Shown here one piece after another: positions 50,975 to 60,620 of a DNA stretch of 64,000 nucleotides (positions within the stretch are counted from its first letter, which is position 1; every line of letters begins with the position of its first letter). A model generated the notes under the pieces. It searched no databases, had not been told where the DNA came from, and was given only the letters and a program-made list of their open reading frames with translations. Location: positions 5,073 through 69,072 of the forward strand of contig MEXP01000009.1 of assembly GCA_001773725.1 (NCBI GenBank), in the 5' to 3' direction. The DNA is from Candidatus Amesbacteria bacterium RIFCSPLOWO2_01_FULL_49_25. GTDB taxonomy: Bacteria > Patescibacteriota > Microgenomatia > CAZETR01 > Amesbacteraceae. A program made the translations under genes and the position numbers.

Positions 50975-52430
50975 GGTAAAAATGACGGACATCAGCTATT
51001 AATGCCGGACCGACTAAAATAAAAATGGCTATAGAAAATACCAATGCCGAGGTGGTGATGTTGACAGCAAGAAAATAAATGTTTGCGGGTAAAAGCCGGG
51101 CTAGAGTTTGGGTTACCGGCAGCATACAAATGGTGGCGATAAGCGGTTTGAGGACGCTTGAGGAAAGATCAAACTTGGTAATTTTCTTGACTATATATAT
51201 GGGGATGATCGACGTAAATGAAATGATTGCAGTTGCCCAGGCGACTCCATCGAATCCGTAACGAATGGCCATTAAGGGCGATAAGATCCAGGCTAATGCC
51301 GTCCACATGATCATGAGATACGTATTTATTTTGACTTTTCCTAAAGCATTGAGGACATTGGTGAGAGGGGTAGAAATAGCGGCCCAGGCACTATTGAAAC
51401 AATATAGCGCAAGTGCCAAAAGGGCAGGTTGCCATTTGGCATAGCGGGGATAAATCTGGATTATGACGGGCACCAAAAGAGTAATCCCGGCGAGGATGGG
51501 GAATGTAGCCAGGGAAACGAAGAATAGGGTTTTTTCGACGGCTTTTTTCAATTCGACGGGGTGATCCTGAAGACGGGAAAAGCCGGGAAAGGTAACTTTG
51601 GTAACGTTGTCCATGATAAAGCGCAAAGGTTTTTGAGAAAGAGTCTGGGCGGAGCCAATGAGACCAACGCCACTGGCGCCGATTATTTTCCACAGAAAAA
51701 CTATTAATAAACGGTCTTTAATAACCGCTATAAAAGTGTTTAATTGGAACGGAATTCCGAAGGTGAGTAATCGTTTTAACGAGGGGCGAGAAAAACTAAA
51801 GCCCATTTGCCATGGGGACAGAAGATAAATCATGGCGGTGCCAACTAGTCCGCGTAAAAGCACTGCCCAAACATATGAGAGAATCCCCTGCCCTTTTACG
51901 GCCAAAAAGATTAAGGAACCATAAAAAACTAAGGTCTCGACTATTTCGACGCCAGCTAGAATCTCGAATCGCAGGCGTCTTTCCAACACAATTGAAGGGA
52001 TGCTTTTGAGTGAAGCCAAAAAAAACCCTGCCAATAGGCTGTACAAAAGCAGAACTCCGTGGGGGGACAGGTCGTAGTACGAAATAAGTCTGGGAGAAAG
52101 AATGAGAGTGACAACTATGAGCAGTGACACAAGGACTTGCTGGATAGTAAATGTGGTACGCAGGTCCGAAAGTGTGATTTCATCCTTCTTCTGAATGAGA
52201 GAGGCGGCTAAGCCGATGTCTGAAAAGTAGCTCAAAATGGCGACTAATTCATTGATGACTACAAAGAGACCAAACTCGGCTGGGCCTAGATAGCCCCAGA
52301 GGATGGCTAGACCGACAGTGGAGATAATTTGGATAAGAAATGATCGACTAATGAGGGTGACAACTCCAGTTAGAGATCTCGCCTTGACCGTAGCCAAATC
52401 TACATCCCCGAGTGTTACTTCCGCATCCAT
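50952..52430 (-). CDS. wzx: Oligosaccharide flippase (Wzx/MOP, WzxC-like)
   Basis: LGPAEFG, DIGLAASLIQK, LERRLRF and VTFPGFSRLQ motifs; 12 or more TMs. Confidence 0.85.
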   Translation of the reverse strand: MDAEVTLGDVDLATVKARSLTGVVTLISRSFLIQIISTVGLAILWGYLGPAEFGLFVVINELVAILSYFSDIGLAASLIQKKDEITLSDLRTTFTIQQVLVSLLIVVTLILSPRLISYYDLSPHGVLLLYSLLAGFFLASLKSIPSIVLERRLRFEILAGVEIVETLVFYGSLIFLAVKGQGILSYVWAVLLRGLVGTAMIYLLSPWQMGFSFSRPSLKRLLTFGIPFQLNTFIAVIKDRLLIVFLWKIIGASGVGLIGSAQTLSQKPLRFIMDNVTKVTFPGFSRLQDHPVELKKAVEKTLFFVSLATFPILAGITLLVPVIIQIYPRYAKWQPALLALALYCFNSAWAAISTPLTNVLNALGKVKINTYLMIMWTALAWILSPLMAIRYGFDGVAWATAIISFTSIIPIYIVKKITKFDLSSSVLKPLIATICMLPVTQTLARLLPANIYFLAVNITTSALVFSIAIFILVGPALIADVRHFYHALDSKK

Positions 52431-54061
52431 ATGGATATTTTACGGTTAAAGGACAATAAAAGTAGAGACCAGGATATTAGAGAAAGCGTGTTGCCCAGGG
52501 TGCGGATGGGGGTGTTGGTGAATTTGGCCACAATTTCATGACGCCCGGTGGGAAGTGATAACTGCGGACGGCCCAGTAGTGGATCTAGATTATAGTTTTT
52601 CACTTCTGCACCGTCTATCCAGTATCTCCAGCCGGGAAAATAATAAGTTTGCAGTTCGACCAAGGATTGGGGAGAAGTAATGTCAAGAGAATATTTTTGT
52701 AAGTTGGAGGTTTTGATAATTCGGATGAAAGTTCCCAACCCTTGGCTAATATTGAGGTCTGCTCCGACCGGATCGGCTGGAGGAGCGGGAGCATAAATTG
52801 GGAGATAATCGAAGATGCCGGAAGTTACTAATAACTGCCAGGACTTACCGGAAAATTTTTGGGCATCGGTCATGGACGGGTACCATTCTCTGGGACGAAA
52901 ATAGTTCCCATTCATAAATATTAATAAGCTTATTATTAAGGGGACAAAGATTTTTTTGTTGGTGGCCATCATGATAGCTCCGGAGAGAAATGAGGCGGTG
53001 AAGACGGCCAGAGTGAGGAAGCGCCAGGGGAATTGGAGAAATTCGAGCGGTTTTAGCACGAGCCATATGGGAGTGGATTTGGAATGGCTCATGAATAATG
53101 CACCGAGGGTTATAAGAACCAGAATTATGATTAATGATTTATGGTTTACGAATTTTTTGGAGAAAATAAACAACAGGACTAGGATTGGAACTATCCAATA
53201 TAAAAAACCTAGGGCGAAGGACATAGTGTCGGCAGGGCCCAAGATGGATGATCCGTAGCCCCAATTGATGTTGAGAAAGATCTGCTTTAAGTCCAGAAAA
53301 TGGGCCAGGTAGTTAAAATAACCGGAAGTAAGAGTCCAGACAGATACGTATTTAGTTTCGAAAATAACAGGTAAGGTAAAGAAGGCGGCAAGACCCAGGG
53401 ACCACAGAACTGCCAAAAACAAATTTCTAATTGACCTAACTGACCTAAACTTTGCAAGCCAGAAAAGGCACCAGAGAATAAGAACGGGGGTGAAGATCAT
53501 GAGCATGGGATTGTGAGAAAGCATGAGGGCGGCAACGGAGAGGGAGACGAATGGGATCCATTTGGTTTTTTGGTCTTTTATGAGCCGATAAGTGGTCCAA
53601 AAAATGAGCGGATAGAAAGCCATGGCCCAAAATTCGTTGACGGCTGCCCGGACCCAAAAATCCACGGAGTGATATGGCGCGTAAGTGTAAAAAGCTGCAG
53701 AAACGAATCCTCCCCAGCGACCCCAAAATTCCCGAGCCAGCAGGTACATGTTCAAGGCAGTGACTATAAATCCAAAAATCCCGACGACCTTTACTACGTC
53801 GATGTATTGAAACCCGAGCCACACAAATGGCTGGCCGATTAAGTATGGTAAGGGCGGATAATAGTTGAACAGTGGATAGCCGAAACCATAGCCCATATCC
53901 GGAACCCAGCGGCAGGGAATCTGACCGTCTTGAAAACATTTGTTCAGTTCAAGTTGACGAAAAGCTTGCAAATCGTCGTGCATGGAAAAATAGCCCTTTT
54001 GAAATAAAAGAGCAAATGAGGGAAGAATTAAAATTAATAAAATTAGTAAATCTTTTTTCAT
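52415..54061 (-). CDS. YfhO/PTPS-related polytopic GT-C-like protein (family C)
   Basis: MHDD..RQ.E..KC...PCRWVPDMGYGFGYPLFNYY, QFPWR and YFPGW motifs. Paralog of 26770. Confidence 0.72.
   Translation of the reverse strand: MKKDLLILLILILPSFALLFQKGYFSMHDDLQAFRQLELNKCFQDGQIPCRWVPDMGYGFGYPLFNYYPPLPYLIGQPFVWLGFQYIDVVKVVGIFGFIVTALNMYLLAREFWGRWGGFVSAAFYTYAPYHSVDFWVRAAVNEFWAMAFYPLIFWTTYRLIKDQKTKWIPFVSLSVAALMLSHNPMLMIFTPVLILWCLFWLAKFRSVRSIRNLFLAVLWSLGLAAFFTLPVIFETKYVSVWTLTSGYFNYLAHFLDLKQIFLNINWGYGSSILGPADTMSFALGFLYWIVPILVLLFIFSKKFVNHKSLIIILVLITLGALFMSHSKSTPIWLVLKPLEFLQFPWRFLTLAVFTASFLSGAIMMATNKKIFVPLIISLLIFMNGNYFRPREWYPSMTDAQKFSGKSWQLLVTSGIFDYLPIYAPAPPADPVGADLNISQGLGTFIRIIKTSNLQKYSLDITSPQSLVELQTYYFPGWRYWIDGAEVKNYNLDPLLGRPQLSLPTGRHEIVAKFTNTPIRTLGNTLSLISWSLLLLSFNRKISIWMRK
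53121..53155. repeat. Degenerate 7-bp periodic tract
   Basis: agaatta tgattaa tgattta tggttta cgaattt. Confidence 0.55.
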
Positions 54062-54069
54062 AATGACTT

Positions 54070-55575
54070 CTATTTAACTGGAATGACCTGGAAAAATAGC
54101 AGGTATTCACGGGTGGTGTCGGGGCGAGCACTTTTGGGGTAACTGGCTATTAACTTAAGGCCTATGGATTCGGGGTCGAAAACATGGAAACGACTGGAAT
54201 TGACGACCAAAAAAACCTGGTTATCGACTAGTGAGTTGGTGAGTTTCTCGTCGACGGAATCGATCCAGACACCGACACCAATAATCCGGGCGTTGGGAAC
54301 GTCGTTGAGGTACATCTGAAGGGCGGAAAAAGGGGTACCAAAAAAGCCTTCGGAGCCGACTAGAACCGATCCGGACTTGGCGGCTTGGCGAAGATAGGCG
54401 GAAACCTCACGAATCCCCTGCCCCGCCGTCCATTCCTCCAAATACCCCGAGCGCTCTATGCGGGAAAGAGGAGCATCTTCGGGGCGGCTGAGTAATTGAT
54501 AATCGATGGCAAGTGAGGGGAAAAAAATCAGAGCCGAGGCGACATAAACTAAAAGATGTTTCTGGGTCTTTTGACTGATGTGTTCAATAGCGTGGGCGAT
54601 AAGGATTACTGCGAAAGGAACGGTAAATAACAAATAACGAGCGGTGAATGACTTGGCGATAAAGGATTGGGCGACAACCGGAATAAGCCACCAGGCGGCC
54701 AGGACTAGACGAGAGCGCCAATGGGTTAAACGACCCTCGATAAGGCCCCAAAATGCAAATAATAGACCTATGGGAGTCAACAGATACAAGTAAAAGCTGA
54801 AAGAATCTTTGAGATGCGGAATCAGTGGATCTAAGGGATGACGCAAAACTTCTGTCAACGAATAAACATAATCTTGATTGCGAAGGGCAATTTGGTGAAA
54901 TTCGGGACCGAGACGCAGTATGTTGTACATCCCAAAAGAAATGCAAAAAGTAATAGTCAAAAGGCAAAATGATTTAAAAATAGTTTTGAATTGAAAGTTG
55001 GGTAAGAAAATCAGAAGAGTTGGAGACATGACTACCGCAAAGATGGCCGGGGATTTTGTCAGCCAGGCAAACCCAAGGGCGAAACCGGCTAACTGGGACA
55101 TGTCCAGACGAAGGTGAGAGACGGAAAGATAAGATAAGATAAAGGCCCAAAGTACAAACATGGTCAGCAAACTATCCGCCAATGCCATTCGGTCAAAAAA
55201 GACCAGGTAAGGCAGGGCGGCCGATAAAACTGTCGCAACTGAAGTGAGACGCCAGTTTTTAAAAAGAAGATAAGAAGCTAGCGCTATCCCGACCACAGTG
55301 CCTAAGCCGGCAATAGCCGAAAGTGTGCGAGCGGCTACTAGAGGATCGAAAATTATTTTTAGGAAGGGAATAGTGAGCCACATAAAAAGGGGTTGTTTGC
55401 CGTCGGATAAGGGTAAGAACCGAAGGGAGGCTTCGGCTCGCATAACCTGACTCCAGCGGATGTAGATCGATTCATCGGCAAAAACCGGCAAGGAGTTGAG
55501 GTTCCAAAAGCGAAGGAGAGCAGCTAGAAGAAGAACAGCCAGACTGAAGATAATCAGCCGCTTATGATTACTCAT
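54070..55575 (-). CDS. ArnT/PMT-like GT-C glycosyltransferase
   Basis: FADESIYIRW, DGKQPLF, DRMALAD, LTK and ARY motifs. Confidence 0.8.
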   Translation of the reverse strand: MSNHKRLIIFSLAVLLLAALLRFWNLNSLPVFADESIYIRWSQVMRAEASLRFLPLSDGKQPLFMWLTIPFLKIIFDPLVAARTLSAIAGLGTVVGIALASYLLFKNWRLTSVATVLSAALPYLVFFDRMALADSLLTMFVLWAFILSYLSVSHLRLDMSQLAGFALGFAWLTKSPAIFAVVMSPTLLIFLPNFQFKTIFKSFCLLTITFCISFGMYNILRLGPEFHQIALRNQDYVYSLTEVLRHPLDPLIPHLKDSFSFYLYLLTPIGLLFAFWGLIEGRLTHWRSRLVLAAWWLIPVVAQSFIAKSFTARYLLFTVPFAVILIAHAIEHISQKTQKHLLVYVASALIFFPSLAIDYQLLSRPEDAPLSRIERSGYLEEWTAGQGIREVSAYLRQAAKSGSVLVGSEGFFGTPFSALQMYLNDVPNARIIGVGVWIDSVDEKLTNSLVDNQVFLVVNSSRFHVFDPESIGLKLIASYPKSARPDTTREYLLFFQVIPVK

Positions 55576-56314
55576 ATTTACCCAGTATACCGTAGAGGCG
55601 GATCTTGAAGGTATCGAGGGCCATCTGGAACGGCTCTTTCCAAATATTTAACCTGTCGGACCAGTATTTGATCCAACTGACCGGAACTTGGGCTATGGCA
55701 TAGCCGTATTTCTGGGCTAAAAACAGCACTTCCACATCGAAGGCTCCCATATAGCCACCGGCAATTTCCCCTTGGGGTAGACACACTTTAAGTTTGGAGA
55801 ATATCTTTCGGGCGGCAGTATGAGTAAATGACTTGAAGCCGCATTGGGAATCCATAATGCCGGGCAGGGCAACAACTTGAACTAGTGTCACAAAAGCCCA
55901 ACTGCGGATTTTGCGAACCAGGGTATCTTTGGCGGTTTGAGTTCGCACACCGATAACCACGTCGGCTCCGGATTTGTGAGCGGAAATGAATTCGGCTACT
56001 TGATGCAGGGGGGTAGACTGGTCGAAATCAGTAAACAAGATATATCTCCCTTTCGCGGCCAACATCCCGGCTGTGACTGCCGCCGCTTTGCCGCCATGGG
56101 GAATTTGTAAAACTTTGATATTCCGGTTCATTACTTTCGAGAGCAAGTTATGCGTGTCGTCCGTTGACCCGTCGTCTACGAATATAAGTTCCCAAGGGTA
56201 TTTTTGCTGTTTTAAGTACTTCAAGGGTAGATCCAAAACCCCAGCTTGAAAATTAGACGATTCGTTGTAAGCCGGGACAACTACAGAAAGATAAATCGGA
56301 TTATTTTTGTTCAT
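55568..56314 (-). CDS. GT2, dolichyl/polyprenyl-phosphate glucose synthase-like (Alg5/AglJ-like)
   Basis: VPAYNE, DDGSTD, GKAAA, FTDFDQST, DSQCGFK and FDVE motifs. Confidence 0.85.
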   Translation of the reverse strand: MNKNNPIYLSVVVPAYNESSNFQAGVLDLPLKYLKQQKYPWELIFVDDGSTDDTHNLLSKVMNRNIKVLQIPHGGKAAAVTAGMLAAKGRYILFTDFDQSTPLHQVAEFISAHKSGADVVIGVRTQTAKDTLVRKIRSWAFVTLVQVVALPGIMDSQCGFKSFTHTAARKIFSKLKVCLPQGEIAGGYMGAFDVEVLFLAQKYGYAIAQVPVSWIKYWSDRLNIWKEPFQMALDTFKIRLYGILGKYE

Positions 56315-57006
56315 GATTCATGCTCCGCTAATTGTTTGGCAAATTTTAGTTGGTTAATAAAGTTTATTAATCCAAGAAATTGGGGGTAAGAGACAATCAT
56401 TTTTATGTCTTCCATGAGACCTGATAATCCTTTCTTCCATATTTTGTTGACTTGGCCAACTCCATTCAATGATACAGACGCAACATTGTATTTGGCAAAG
56501 AAGACGGTATTCATTGCCGGTTCAATGAGATACTTGGGCTGGGAAAAGATTTCCGGATGAAGGTGAAGTATTCTTTTTTTGATGACCCTTTCGCCGGTAT
56601 AGGCCAAGTTGAATCCGATCCAGTCCATCCATATAACGTCGTGGGTTCGATGGCCTAAAACTAAGTCATTATTTCCCTCGAAAAATTTGTTGGCTAATTT
56701 ATTCAAATGATAAGTTTTGAAACCTGTTAGATCTGCGTCTACGAAGGCTATAAATTCCCGGTGGGTGTTTTCCAGTCCGGTTTTAAGAGCCGCTGCTTTA
56801 CCTAAATTTTTGACATGATTAATTAGTGTGATTCCTGAAATTTTGGCCAAGAGTCGCCTTGAATTGTCAGTGGAACCATCATTGACGACGATGATTTCTT
56901 TGACATATTGTGATTTTTTGACCTGGGAGATTATTTCTGATACTCGAGTGCTTTCGTTATAGGTTGGAATGACAACAGAAAGAAGCGGACTAAATTTTGT
57001 AGGCAT
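56311..57006 (-). CDS. GT2
   Basis: IPTYNE, NDGSTD, NLGKAAA, DAD and TGERV motifs. Start MPTKFS at 57006. Confidence 0.85.
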   Translation of the reverse strand: MPTKFSPLLSVVIPTYNESTRVSEIISQVKKSQYVKEIIVVNDGSTDNSRRLLAKISGITLINHVKNLGKAAALKTGLENTHREFIAFVDADLTGFKTYHLNKLANKFFEGNNDLVLGHRTHDVIWMDWIGFNLAYTGERVIKKRILHLHPEIFSQPKYLIEPAMNTVFFAKYNVASVSLNGVGQVNKIWKKGLSGLMEDIKMIVSYPQFLGLINFINQLKFAKQLAEHES

Positions 57007-57742
57007 GGGTGAGGGAACGGAAGCGGACAAGAAGAAGCCCTGTGAGTCCTGCGATTGCATCTTTGACAAAGCTCACTCGGCGAGACTCCTGGTGACGCCA
57101 GGAGACGGGAACTTCGACAATCTTGTAGCCCATTTTCCTGCCTAAGTAAAGCATTTCTACATCAAAACCAGGGTTAACTGCTGGCCCCGAAATTACGCGG
57201 GGGGGAGTAATTTTGTTCATGATCTGGAAGATCCTTTTGCCAGCTTCCGCTGTAAAGGCCTTGAAGCCGCATTGTGTATCTTTAATTGGCAGCTGGAGAA
57301 TGAGAGCTCGCATAATTACGTTTCCGTAAGCAAGAACTTTCCTAAATAAAGGGGCGTTGGGACGACCGGAGCGTGAACCGATAACTATGGAGTAGCCAGA
57401 TCTAAGTTTTGGTAAAAATTTATCCAGCTCAGTTATGGGCGTGGCTTGATCCATATCAGAAAATAAAATAATTTCGCCTTTGGCGGAAAAAACACCGGTG
57501 GCTATACCAGCGGCTTTGCCCATATGAGGATTGTCTATAATGGTGAGTTCGCTGTGGCGATTTGCCAGCTCATGTAAGAGCGAAGATGTGTTATCGGAGG
57601 AACCGTCGTTGACTATTATTACTTCCCAAGTGAAATTCTGTTCCTTGAGGTAATCAATGACAACATTAAGCGACCCGCGATGAAGGTTATCAGCTTCGTT
57701 ATAAGCAGAAATGACGACTGATAGGTATGGTTGATCGTTCAT
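56990..57742 (-). CDS. GT2, dolichyl/polyprenyl-phosphate glucose synthase-like
   Basis: AYNE, NDGSSD, FSDMDQAT, DTQCGFK and FDVE motifs. Paralog of 55568. Confidence 0.85.
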   Translation of the reverse strand: MNDQPYLSVVISAYNEADNLHRGSLNVVIDYLKEQNFTWEVIIVNDGSSDNTSSLLHELANRHSELTIIDNPHMGKAAGIATGVFSAKGEIILFSDMDQATPITELDKFLPKLRSGYSIVIGSRSGRPNAPLFRKVLAYGNVIMRALILQLPIKDTQCGFKAFTAEAGKRIFQIMNKITPPRVISGPAVNPGFDVEMLYLGRKMGYKIVEVPVSWRHQESRRVSFVKDAIAGLTGLLLVRFRSLTHAYKI

Positions 57743-57744
57743 TG

Positions 57745-59187
57745 TTACTTAGTAAAACCGAACATGGGATCAGTTAAATTGGAGTCTGCCCCAGAACAGC
57801 TGATTTTAACATTTGGGGCTGTATAACGCCAATAATCCGGGAATACTATTCCTAAAGCGCCAAAAGTGAGGTCCAATCGATTGGCTCGGGGGTGGGGAAA
57901 GACGACAGTATAAACTGGAGCCAGACTATTAACCGGGGCGGTTTTGACTTTGGCCAACCAGAAAAGATAGCGGTAGCCTAATTGGTAACCCTCGTCGGTC
58001 ATATAGGAAACGGAAACGCAGGGATAGTCATGTAATTTGGAGTCGGCGAATATTGCGGCAACCGCGGCTTTGCGCTCAATATAACCGCTGTGATTGACGG
58101 GGAGATCAACTAATCGAATAATGTTATGAACTACAAAAAAAGGTAAGATTAGGAAAGATAATTTTGGATATCGACTGAGAAATAGGGCTGCGATAATAAT
58201 AAATATAATATTCAGGCTATTGAGATAGTATTCGGAAAGGTTGATGGGGTGGAGAGAGAAAAAAAGAACGAATAATACAAACCAGCTTACAAAGACAAAA
58301 ACTTGGTAAGAAGTGAGAATTTTCTTCCTAATTAAATAAACAAACGCGATTAAGACAATGATGGGCAAAAACCAAAAGTTGAGTGCGTTGGGTTTGTTCC
58401 AAAAAATATAGTTTATATTTCTGGCGGCGTATTCAACGACGTGCCAGATTTTTTCGAAGAGCGGACGGGAAATTTGAGAAGTTTTGTCGAAAGAAAAAAA
58501 CAGGGCTTTAGTTTGGCTGAAACCGTGACGAAATTCAAAAACAATGAGAGGCAGGGAAAGAAGAACAAATATAACTCCCGGTTTTAGGAAATCTGAAAAT
58601 TTATGGTGTTTGCGGACGGCCAAAAAAGCCAGAACGGTGAGAATCCCAAGAGCCAAATGGATATGCCAGACGAGCGAGAAAAGGAAGGCAAAATAGATCA
58701 GTGACCGACGATGGAGGGCAAAAAGAAACCAGATTGACCACAAAAATACTAACGTGGTGGGAACAACCTCGCGCTCAGTGGCGGAAATACCAAAAGAAGC
58801 GGCATAGATTAGGGTAGAAATAATGGCGACCTTTTTGCCCCATATTTTTTGTGTCACATAAAAGAGGCTTATTATTGAGATAAACCCAATTAGCCACGGC
58901 AAAGCTACAGTACCAATGGGATCCATACGGGTGGCCAAATAGAAGGGGATTAGGGCGTAGTAAAAATAAGGGCCGATGAAGATTCCCTGGGCCGTGGTTT
59001 GCTGGCCGATGAGGCGGAGGTGTTTATCGACGACGATATCTTTAACTATCCAGGCAGAAAGATCATTATCATGGTTGTAGTTGAAGCGCTCTTTATACTG
59101 GTAAACCCTCACAAACATTCCGATAGCCAATATTGCCAACAAGGGAATTATGCTGATTGTTTTAAATGAATTAATTAACTTATGCAT
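57745..59187 (-). CDS. ArnT-like GT-C glycosyltransferase (family E)
   Basis: NHDNDLSA and LIGQQT..GIFIGPYFYY motifs; polytopic. Confidence 0.72.
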   Translation of the reverse strand: MHKLINSFKTISIIPLLAILAIGMFVRVYQYKERFNYNHDNDLSAWIVKDIVVDKHLRLIGQQTTAQGIFIGPYFYYALIPFYLATRMDPIGTVALPWLIGFISIISLFYVTQKIWGKKVAIISTLIYAASFGISATEREVVPTTLVFLWSIWFLFALHRRSLIYFAFLFSLVWHIHLALGILTVLAFLAVRKHHKFSDFLKPGVIFVLLSLPLIVFEFRHGFSQTKALFFSFDKTSQISRPLFEKIWHVVEYAARNINYIFWNKPNALNFWFLPIIVLIAFVYLIRKKILTSYQVFVFVSWFVLFVLFFSLHPINLSEYYLNSLNIIFIIIAALFLSRYPKLSFLILPFFVVHNIIRLVDLPVNHSGYIERKAAVAAIFADSKLHDYPCVSVSYMTDEGYQLGYRYLFWLAKVKTAPVNSLAPVYTVVFPHPRANRLDLTFGALGIVFPDYWRYTAPNVKISCSGADSNLTDPMFGFTK

Positions 59188-59189
59188 AA

Positions 59190-60620
59190 TTATTCAAATT
59201 TATGACGGAAGCGGCGCTGAACTAAGAGGGGACCGATTTGATGTTCTTCTTCGACAGATGAGAAAAAGCTTTGACGGACGAGCCAGGTGTATCTAAGCTG
59301 AGGATGCTCATCGTCGGGTTCTACTATAGTGTAAAGGCGAGTGACCAGCCCGGTATCGGGAAAACGACGGTACCAGGTGGTACCGCGCCAGAGAAAGACA
59401 TAATCATAGGCGTGGGGAATAATCGGCGGCACATAGGCATCCGTATTAAAAGCCCGGTCTTTGGCATCTGTGTAGACCCAGTCTACTGCCTGGAGAATGG
59501 GGGAAAGGGAAATATAACCCGGAAAAGGACGGGAGAGCAGTGCAAAAGTCTGGGAAATGTTCTGGTAGAGAAAGACTGCTAAAAAGGAGACTAAAACCAA
59601 GCGATTTAAGCGAATGGCCAAGACGGAAAAAATGATAACAAAAACTAAATAAAACCCAGTGAAATAATAGTCATAAACGTTACCCTCATTGCCATGAAAA
59701 AAGAGCATGCCGACTAATGGTGTGAAAAACAGCACTAAAAGGAGTTGGAAGTGATTTGAGAATTTGCGAAATAAGGAAAGCCCACAAAGGGGGAGAAATA
59801 TATAAGCCGGAAGAAGACTGGAGGGGAACAATTTGGATCCGAAGGTTTGGAGATAAAAAGGCAGACGTACTATAAGAGTGTCCAAAAAAGAGAGTTGGAA
59901 ACTTTTGTCGGCAACAAAAAATTTGAGCAAATTTTGACTAATAATTCCCTGATGCCGGATATCAAAAAGAATCTGGGGAGCGAAACTGAGAAAGATGGCG
60001 GACAGGGAGAGAAGAAAAATTTTAAAACCGGGGAAAAGTGATCTATTGAAAGCTAAAAAAATAATAATGGCGGGTAGGATAAAAATTTCCGTGGCACTAC
60101 CGAACTGCATGGATTGGCCAAAAAGAAAACCGACCCCTATCCAGGCCCATTTCTTTCCGTCTATGACTTTAAATAAGAAGTAGACCAGAAGCATGTTGAT
60201 AAGAAACATGGGGGTAGGATTGCTTAGCCAGCGGGAAGCGTGCATCAGAGGATATGATATGGCCGTGATGAATACGGCGAGCAGGCCGGCACGGGAACCG
60301 GCGATTTTAGTGGTGAGGTGGCAAACCAAAAAAGCTGCCAGGACAGTGGTTGAGCTTAAGAAAACGGCTGGCCAGACGGGGTTCCCGTTTCCCAACCAAT
60401 AAGCCGGGGTGATCAGCCAATAGTACCAGGGACCGCGGAATATACCGGAGATGCCGGTGACCGGGCCCACCAGAAAGAATTTGCCGTTGTGGATAAAGTC
60501 CCAAATAACCTTTGCGTCGCGACCCTGGTCGTACCAGAAACCCAAGAAATCCTGCGTCCGATAGACACGAAGAAAAAGAGCCAAACCCAAAATAGCTGCC
60601 AAAATTATTTTATGTTTCAT
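59190..60620 (-). CDS. ArnT-like GT-C glycosyltransferase (family E)
   Basis: FWYDQGRDA, GPVT..IFRGPWYY and SRWLSNP motifs. Start MKHKII at 60620. Confidence 0.78.
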   Translation of the reverse strand: MKHKIILAAILGLALFLRVYRTQDFLGFWYDQGRDAKVIWDFIHNGKFFLVGPVTGISGIFRGPWYYWLITPAYWLGNGNPVWPAVFLSSTTVLAAFLVCHLTTKIAGSRAGLLAVFITAISYPLMHASRWLSNPTPMFLINMLLVYFLFKVIDGKKWAWIGVGFLFGQSMQFGSATEIFILPAIIIFLAFNRSLFPGFKIFLLSLSAIFLSFAPQILFDIRHQGIISQNLLKFFVADKSFQLSFLDTLIVRLPFYLQTFGSKLFPSSLLPAYIFLPLCGLSLFRKFSNHFQLLLVLFFTPLVGMLFFHGNEGNVYDYYFTGFYLVFVIIFSVLAIRLNRLVLVSFLAVFLYQNISQTFALLSRPFPGYISLSPILQAVDWVYTDAKDRAFNTDAYVPPIIPHAYDYVFLWRGTTWYRRFPDTGLVTRLYTIVEPDDEHPQLRYTWLVRQSFFSSVEEEHQIGPLLVQRRFRHKFE

